NCBI GenBank assembly: GCA_014240285.1
Contig: JAAZXI010000006.1
Span: 1 to 46,419 of the forward strand
Reading direction: 5' to 3'
Source of the DNA: Methanobacteriota archaeon
Lineage (GTDB): Archaea; Thermoplasmatota; Poseidoniia; Poseidoniales; Thalassarchaeaceae
DNA: 46,419 bases
Made by a program: the position numbers and the translations under genes. Below, in pieces: positions 17,776 through 23,990 of this stretch (positions within the stretch are counted from its first letter, which is position 1; the number at the start of each line of letters is the position of its first letter). Under the pieces are notes generated by a model that was given only the letters and a program-made list of their open reading frames with translations, was not told where the DNA came from and did not search any database.

Positions 17776-18009
17776 ATGGTCGACGGGGGAATAGTCTCCC
17801 TCAACCTGCTCGGATTCCTCTGTCCAGTGCCAGTTCACGAGACTCGTAGGGCAGTAGAAAATGCAGCCAAAGGCACGCTATTCGAGGTCCTGTGCGATGA
17901 CCCTGAGACACTGCACGACATACCTGCACTCTGTGACCGGATGGGGCTGGTCCTTCTGGGCGTGAGCGAGGATGCGGGAGAGTACGCTTTCCACATCGAG
18001 AAGCGATAG
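17776..18009 (+). CDS. TusA/SirA-like sulfur-carrier protein
   Basis: 77 aa with LGFLCPVPV (Cys-Pro active-site motif). AGGTGG SD lies 5 nt upstream. Confidence 0.7.
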   Translation: MVDGGIVSLNLLGFLCPVPVHETRRAVENAAKGTLFEVLCDDPETLHDIPALCDRMGLVLLGVSEDAGEYAFHIEKR

Positions 18010-18694
18010 ACTGCCTGGATATTGTTCAAAGGGGGCGTTCCTCTCGGTAATCACTGTGCCCGACCAATACGGCGTCAACGAACTCGGAGAGGTCCCTGCG
18101 GATGCTCACCTCCCAACATCGTTCGGCGACTTCCGCATCAGGGTTTTCCACGAAGAGAACACGGGTCTAGACCACGTTGCACTTACTCTAGGGGATATGA
18201 TCGGGCCGGACCCGGTGCTAGTCAGGGTGCATTCCGAATGCCTGACTGGGGACGCCTTCGGCAGCCTCAGGTGCGACTGCGGCGCCCAGTTAGAAGCCGC
18301 GATGAGGCAGATTCACGATGTCGGATGGGGTTGCATAATCTATCTGAGGCAAGAGGGTCGCGGCATAGGCCTGCATGCCAAGATACAGGCATACAATCTA
18401 CAGGATCATGGCGCAGACACATTGGATGCAAATCTACTACTGGGTCATCCTGCAGATGCAAGGGACTACGGGATTGCTTCTGAAATTCTGGGTGCCATTG
18501 GAATCGAGAAGGTATGCCTGCTCACAAACAATCCTGACAAAGTAGTGCAACTGGTTCAATATGGCGCCAATATAGTTGAGAGGATGCCATTAGTAGTCGG
18601 GGTGAGGGAACAGAATCTCCAATACCTGACGACCAAGATAGACAGGATGGGGCACGAGATTGAAGACGAGCGCCTAAACGGTCACAGACAGTGA
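17972..18694 (+). CDS. ribA: GTP cyclohydrolase II
   Basis: RVHSECLTGDAFGSLRCDCGAQL zinc and catalytic motifs, LRQEGRGIGL and NNPDK. ATG 17972 overlaps the TusA-like gene by 38 nt; a later GTG (18056) is possible. Confidence 0.85.
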   Translation: MRESTLSTSRSDRLPGYCSKGAFLSVITVPDQYGVNELGEVPADAHLPTSFGDFRIRVFHEENTGLDHVALTLGDMIGPDPVLVRVHSECLTGDAFGSLRCDCGAQLEAAMRQIHDVGWGCIIYLRQEGRGIGLHAKIQAYNLQDHGADTLDANLLLGHPADARDYGIASEILGAIGIEKVCLLTNNPDKVVQLVQYGANIVERMPLVVGVREQNLQYLTTKIDRMGHEIEDERLNGHRQ

Positions 18695-18696
18695 AA

Positions 18697-18772
18697 TGGG
18701 GCCGTGACCGGGACTTGAACCCGGGCCGGCGGGACCACAACCCACCGTGCTAACCGCTACACCATCACAGCC
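18697..18772 (-). tRNA. tRNA-His (anticodon GTG) with encoded G-1 and encoded CCA
   Basis: Reverse complement reads G(-1)-GCTGTGA...GTGGG-TTGTGGT-CCCGC...CCGGGTTCAAGTCCCGG-TCACGGC-C-CCA. G-1 lies opposite discriminator C73. The 3' end is 3 nt from the ribA stop (convergent). Confidence 0.9.
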
Positions 18773-18797
18773 GTATTGACAACTTGGACTCTATGCC

Positions 18798-18807
18798 TGT
18801 TTATCAA
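18798..18807 (-). promoter_or_regulatory. TATA-like box upstream of tRNA-His
   Basis: Minus strand reads TTGATAAACA, centred about 30 nt upstream of the tRNA 5' end. Confidence 0.3.
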
Positions 18808-18879
18808 CCGTTACGCATCCGAGACACGATGCACCTGAGACCAACGGATTGAAGCCCTACTCTCTCCCGTTGCTATGCC

Positions 18880-21255
18880 ATGAGGACTCGTTCGGGAGTG
18901 GTGCTCGTCATCCTGCTTGTGGCCAGCTTGGCGCCTCAGGTGCCATTTGCCGCAGCTGACACCGTGATTGGAGCGGAAGGTGCAGAATTGCTTGAGGGTG
19001 GTGACTTCTCCGACTCAGATCAATGGCAGATATCCAGCACTGCCGGATTCTCCAGTGATGCTGCCGAGCACTCATTGGGTATGGTCGCCGATGGAGAACT
19101 GTCATTCACCCATGACAGGCCGGACAATTTCCAATATTCCACTTCATGGGCCTCAAACAGCATCACCAACTCCAATGCGACTCTGGGAGAGCCGGATTCA
19201 TACTACACTTGGTCGAAGGGGCCTAACATAACAATGACGGGTTATGACTTCAGCGGGCTGCATGAGAGGTTGGTCGCTAATGTCTCTCTAGTTCTGCACT
19301 TCTCCATACCCGATGCGCTGAATCAAGATTCAGTCAGAGTCATCCTGCAAAACCATGGCTCGGACAAGCTGGTCGTAACCTACGCTCGAACATTCGGACC
19401 AATATATAGGATGACTAATCCGATGATTCTGTCGCTAGATGGACTAGCACTTGCCGACTGGTCCTCTCTAGAAGATACTCAGTTCACCATCGATTACGCC
19501 TCCACAGGGACCAGTGACGACTCCGAGGTAAGAGTGGATGCAGTAGGCCTCCGGGTGAAGTACCACCAGCCTTGGTACTCGTTCGAGACGGTCAAGGCCA
19601 CCAACACGGTCGGCGATGTGGACTCTCCCGTTGTAGACATCAGCCCATATGATGGGATGATATCGGGGCTCGCACAGGAGTCATGTGGACTAGTTCTCGA
19701 AGGTCCTGTAGCCGGAGAGTGGTTTTTCGATGTGGAGGCCCCTCCCATGCAGGAACTGGGGAGGATTCACGTCTTTGGAACCGGGAATCACACAATATGG
19801 GTGCTACCCGATGATGTGGAAGGAGATTACACGCAGATTCAATCTGGCGATTCACTGATTCACCCCGATTCGCTCCAACACATCAGGATAGAAATCGAAG
19901 ATGGGTGCATCTCAGGTGTTCGGATTGACGTCAACGACCCCCATCTAGTAGTTCAGGGTCATGTCTCGGGGGCACTCGTTGGATTATCAGATACCAGTTA
20001 CATCAGATTCGCGATAGGCAACAGCCTAGTTGCCAGCATACCACTTCAGTACGGCGCGTTCTCGGTGGATGTGCCTGTTGGGCACGCACTGCCGGAGAAG
20101 GGAGAAGAGATGATTGTGGGAGTTGCTTCAAGGTTCCAATGGTCATCAAACGGAACGGCTGAAGCCACTGTCGTCCATATCCAATCTATGGCCATAACAG
20201 GTGGCTTTTCCGTGTATTGGGACTACGACCCCGAATGCCTCGAGCTCGAGGACATGTCATTCAATGAGGACGATGCCGGGGTCCACCTACCAATGGATGT
20301 CAGATGCAACGACGACCTGACTGCACCTGAGGACCTCATCATAAGTGCAATGAGCTCCGATTCGGGTATCATCGAAGCAAGTGTAATCGACCAGTACATC
20401 AGGATACAACCGGCCCGGGATGCTTGGGGGGAGGCCACTATTGAAGTGGTTGTCAGAGATGCACTTGGAAACTCCTGGTCTGATTCAATGATTGTAACAG
20501 TCACTCCAGTTGAGGATTTACCGGTGCTCGATGGCCTGCCCCTATCCGTCTACATCGAACTGGGGCAGACGATGGTGGTCGATCTAACAATAACCGACCC
20601 TGACACTGAATCGCTGTCACTTTCGACCAGTAGGTCGTGGGCCACATTCGACGCTGTAGGTGACCTAGTGCTTACTCCCGTGGATTCCGGTTCGCACTCA
20701 GTGGAGATCTCGATAAGCGACGGTACAACCGAGATTTCTCAGAACATCGAAGTCATCGTGACCGCGAAGCCGGATTTACTGGTTGAGATGGTCGACGTGA
20801 GGAGGGGTGGTGTCAGTGTAACGAATCTGGTCGACGGTGACATCATCGAGATTCACGCGTACATCAGGAACGAGGGGCGCGGGGGCGCTGATGCTGTAGA
20901 CATCAAATGCAGAGTGGGTGGAGTCCTAGTTGGTGCGGTGATGATTGATCACATCGAATCCGGTGGACTCGGTGCGGCCGTCTGTGACGCACAGGTAGCA
21001 AGGGGCGGCGGAACCCTGACAATCGAGGTGTCTGCAGACGGAACAGGATCGATAGCAGAGACATCAGAGAGCAACAACAACCGTACCGTCGTTCTGGATG
21101 TGTCCGAAAGCGAGGATGGAGGAGGAGGCATAATAGACACCTTAGATAGGGGGTTGGCTTTGTTATTCATCTCTGCTGGGGTGGTGCTAATCTCACTCAC
21201 AGCCCTGTATTTCAGCCCAAGTAGAGTACGCAAGCCCTTCGATCGCAAGAAGTAG
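18880..21255 (+). CDS. Large secreted surface protein with Ig/cadherin-like and CARDB-like domains and a C-terminal TM anchor
   Basis: Signal peptide MRTRSGVVLVILLVASLAPQVPFAAA. CARDB-like segment PDLLVEMVDV...IRNEGRGGA...ESNNNRTV. C-terminal TM LALLFISAGVVLISLTALYF plus the basic tail RVRKPFDRKK. Confidence 0.7.
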   Translation: MRTRSGVVLVILLVASLAPQVPFAAADTVIGAEGAELLEGGDFSDSDQWQISSTAGFSSDAAEHSLGMVADGELSFTHDRPDNFQYSTSWASNSITNSNATLGEPDSYYTWSKGPNITMTGYDFSGLHERLVANVSLVLHFSIPDALNQDSVRVILQNHGSDKLVVTYARTFGPIYRMTNPMILSLDGLALADWSSLEDTQFTIDYASTGTSDDSEVRVDAVGLRVKYHQPWYSFETVKATNTVGDVDSPVVDISPYDGMISGLAQESCGLVLEGPVAGEWFFDVEAPPMQELGRIHVFGTGNHTIWVLPDDVEGDYTQIQSGDSLIHPDSLQHIRIEIEDGCISGVRIDVNDPHLVVQGHVSGALVGLSDTSYIRFAIGNSLVASIPLQYGAFSVDVPVGHALPEKGEEMIVGVASRFQWSSNGTAEATVVHIQSMAITGGFSVYWDYDPECLELEDMSFNEDDAGVHLPMDVRCNDDLTAPEDLIISAMSSDSGIIEASVIDQYIRIQPARDAWGEATIEVVVRDALGNSWSDSMIVTVTPVEDLPVLDGLPLSVYIELGQTMVVDLTITDPDTESLSLSTSRSWATFDAVGDLVLTPVDSGSHSVEISISDGTTEISQNIEVIVTAKPDLLVEMVDVRRGGVSVTNLVDGDIIEIHAYIRNEGRGGADAVDIKCRVGGVLVGAVMIDHIESGGLGAAVCDAQVARGGGTLTIEVSADGTGSIAETSESNNNRTVVLDVSESEDGGGGIIDTLDRGLALLFISAGVVLISLTALYFSPSRVRKPFDRKK

Positions 21256-21256
21256 G

Positions 21257-21275
21257 CCCAGTAGGCTGGTTTTTT
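21257..21275 (+). terminator. Candidate terminator: short hairpin plus T6 tract
   Basis: CCAG-TAGG-CTGG followed by TTTTTT (21270..21275), 15 nt after the stop at 21255. Confidence 0.4.
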
Positions 21276-21473
21276 GTATCTCCGACCCACTTTCTGGCCG
21301 ATAATCAGTGATTTCCAAGGAATGGTTATACCCTACGCGAATCCGAAGAAGGATGCCGCGCAAGGGTGCTTCAGGGTGTTTGAGCCGGTGGTGTGTGACT
21401 GAGATGATGAAACTGAAAATTCGTCTGGAGACGGAAGAGTGGGTCTACGAAGAGCATGAGATGGCCTAAGCCC

Positions 21474-22451
21474 TCACTCTTTGGACCAGCTCTGTGGGTA
21501 CGTACCCGGCTCCATCATAACAGCACGGGCGACTGCGACTTCTCCGGTCCTCATTTCAGGGAGGGAATCAGTGTCAACTGTCAACCTGGCTACGGAAACG
21601 GCTTCGCCCTTCATGCTCTGCACGAGTACATTGGAGCCCTCTGATACCCCCTTCTGCGCCCTGACGATACCGGGCCTCGCTAGAGGTGCGCCATGCGAGA
21701 GAGCTGCTGCTGCGCCGTCCTTTACGGTGAGGGAGGGCAAATCTGAGAGCAGGGCCTCGACTGGGGCGATGAGCTTCACCAGAGCACTGTCATCACCATG
21801 CTCCCTGTGCAGGAAGGCCGCATCTGTGAGCTGCTGCATTGTGCAAGCCATGGTCTGGTCGAATGGACCTGTCCTGTCCCTATGTAGTTCGGACAGTTCG
21901 CACTTCGTATCCAGCATCAATCCAATGTCTTTGGCGAGGGTCCTGATATAGGTCCCGGCACTACACGATGCCTCAAAGGCGGCAATGCGCGAATCTTCGT
22001 CTGATTCCAGCATCCTCAGGGAGTGAATGGTACGAGTCCGAACTTGTATTTTCACTGCGGATTCAAGAGGAGGGACGTTGTAGATTACACCATTGAGTTG
22101 AGAAAGGGTGTCTGCGAGTTCGTCATTGGCGACATCTCTACCGAATCGCATCACACCGACGTACCTCTTGTCGCCCTTGAGTGCGATTTCAGTGAGCCTA
22201 GTGGCCTTACCGCACATTAGAGTCAGTAGCCCCGTTGCGAACGGGTCGAGAGTCCCCCCGTGACCCAGTCTCGTGATTCCAAGAGTCTCCCTAGCCCAAG
22301 CCGCCAGTTGGTGACTTGAGGGGCCTCTGGGCTTATCGACCAGAACTACTCCTGCAGAAAGTAACTCGTCTAGTGAGCGCTCGTTGGGGATGCATCCAAA
22401 TCCGAGATTGGTGGAGGCCTCGGAGAGTTCCCAGAAGTTGCTTTCCCCCAT
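21474..22451 (-). CDS. cbf5: H/ACA RNP pseudouridine synthase Cbf5 (TruB family with PUA domain)
   Basis: VVLVDKPRGPSSHQ, GHGGTLDPFATGLL (catalytic Asp) and a C-terminal PUA-like region; 325 aa. Confidence 0.9.
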   Translation of the reverse strand: MGESNFWELSEASTNLGFGCIPNERSLDELLSAGVVLVDKPRGPSSHQLAAWARETLGITRLGHGGTLDPFATGLLTLMCGKATRLTEIALKGDKRYVGVMRFGRDVANDELADTLSQLNGVIYNVPPLESAVKIQVRTRTIHSLRMLESDEDSRIAAFEASCSAGTYIRTLAKDIGLMLDTKCELSELHRDRTGPFDQTMACTMQQLTDAAFLHREHGDDSALVKLIAPVEALLSDLPSLTVKDGAAAALSHGAPLARPGIVRAQKGVSEGSNVLVQSMKGEAVSVARLTVDTDSLPEMRTGEVAVARAVMMEPGTYPQSWSKE

Positions 22452-22460
22452 CCTATCACT

Positions 22461-23009
22461 TCACCCCAATACTGTGCTGACGACTCCAAAGACCTCTTCG
22501 GCGTCCAATTCGTCGGCATCTACTACGAGAGTGTACGGACTCATGTCATCCAAATCAATGCCATACAATTCACGGTACCTATCCATGTCATCACTCTGAC
22601 GCTTCTTGGATAGCTCCAAACAAGTTCGATAGTCTCCGCCCTCGCGGTTCTGAATCCTCCTAGCCCTCTCCTCATCGGAGACCGAGACCCATACCCTGGG
22701 GCACTGCAGGCCGAGTTCTTGGGCCCACCAGCCGCAGAGCCTACTCTCAACCACCTCAGGACCTTCTGGGTCGCTCATTGCGCTCCTAACGATTGTATCC
22801 AAGGAACGGTCTACCTCAAGGTCCTGCTTGCACAGGGCACTGAACTCGACCACATTGAGTCCTCTATTCGATGCCTCCTCGCGGAATATGTCGCCACCAT
22901 TGACAGAGGACCAGCCACGGTCCTCGCACAATTTTCCGACCAATGTCGAAGTGCCGCTCCCAGGGGGCCCGCTGACTGTCAATCTCAGAATTCGCTCACC
23001 TCCATTCAT
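22461..23009 (-). CDS. cmk: Cytidylate kinase, archaeal type
   Basis: 182 aa with the P-loop VSGPPGSGTSTL. Also has ..GGDIFREEA...G..... and a RARRIQNREG lid-like segment. It sits in the classic DUF106-cmk-cbf5 context. Confidence 0.8.
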   Translation of the reverse strand: MNGGERILRLTVSGPPGSGTSTLVGKLCEDRGWSSVNGGDIFREEASNRGLNVVEFSALCKQDLEVDRSLDTIVRSAMSDPEGPEVVESRLCGWWAQELGLQCPRVWVSVSDEERARRIQNREGGDYRTCLELSKKRQSDDMDRYRELYGIDLDDMSPYTLVVDADELDAEEVFGVVSTVLG

Positions 23010-23922
23010 TACGACACACGTCGCACCTGAGTCTTCCCTTGGAGGTCCTCGAGATTAAATCTGAGTCACAGGAGGGGCATACCGTCCCCAACTTAGGGGG
23101 TGCTACAGGGACATTGCCCCTCTTCCTCTGAGGGGGCGCTATTGTCTGCCCTCCTGTCTTTCGTGGCCCGTCCCTCCTCCGCTGCGCCCGGCGAGTCCTC
23201 AAATCATCGCTCGTCTTGACCTTCTGATCACCCAAGAGGTGAAGCAAGGGCTCGGGAATAGGATCGCCGGAGAGAACCAGCGGATGGCTCTTGAAGCGGT
23301 GGATTTTGATATGGCGATCGATAATCCTGCCCAGAGGGGCACTCATCGTGATGTAGGTTACGATCCAAGCCGGGAAGATCCACATCACCCGGTTGTTGAA
23401 CGACCACATGGGGGCCCAAGGCAGGCTGACGAAATCGACTCTGAACGACTCCACCGCGCTGGCCATCCAGCTGAAGATAGCGATGATGAATACCATTGTG
23501 AACATCATCGGCCTCATCGTCGCCGACTGTATCGCCATCTGCTCGGGCATCAGTTCCATCTGCAGTTTCTGCATCTTCTCCGTCCGGGCAGTGTCTCGGG
23601 CCGCCTGCGCCTCCCTGACCTGGGTGGTGATCTGACGCTGACGGTGGCTGAAGTGGACCTGCCTCATCGGATCCATGAAGATTGAGCGAATGATCGTGTT
23701 GACGATCATGATGCTGGAACCCACGATGAATACAGTGGGGACGAAGTAGGCCGTGTGGAACGGTAACAATGGTTCAATGGCATAGCCAGCACCATCTGCC
23801 AGAAGAATACGGAGACTTGGATTCAGCATCAGCACCATCATCATCAGCAATAGGAACAGCATGGGCATCATCATCGATGACATTGACTCGGCCTGCGGGT
23901 CACCACCTCCTGCGGAAGTCAT
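22996..23922 (-). CDS. DUF106/EMC3-like (archaeal YidC/Oxa1-type) membrane insertase with a basic C-terminal tail and zinc ribbon
   Basis: Met-rich TM1, an amphipathic coiled region (RQRQITTQVREAQAARDTARTEKMQKLQMEL), then two more TMs, typical of DUF106. The tail reads RTRRAQRRRDGPRKTGG...QRKRGN followed by CPSCDSDL-x9-CDVC. The TTG 23979 start was trimmed to ATG 23922. Overlaps cmk by 14 nt. Confidence 0.7.
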   Translation of the reverse strand: MTSAGGGDPQAESMSSMMMPMLFLLLMMMVLMLNPSLRILLADGAGYAIEPLLPFHTAYFVPTVFIVGSSIMIVNTIIRSIFMDPMRQVHFSHRQRQITTQVREAQAARDTARTEKMQKLQMELMPEQMAIQSATMRPMMFTMVFIIAIFSWMASAVESFRVDFVSLPWAPMWSFNNRVMWIFPAWIVTYITMSAPLGRIIDRHIKIHRFKSHPLVLSGDPIPEPLLHLLGDQKVKTSDDLRTRRAQRRRDGPRKTGGQTIAPPQRKRGNVPVAPPKLGTVCPSCDSDLISRTSKGRLRCDVCRNEWR

Positions 23923-23990
23923 GGGCCTTCGTTCGGACCGAGTAGGAAGAACGCTTCGGTGGACGCCATAGGCGTCCAAAACGATTCGCG

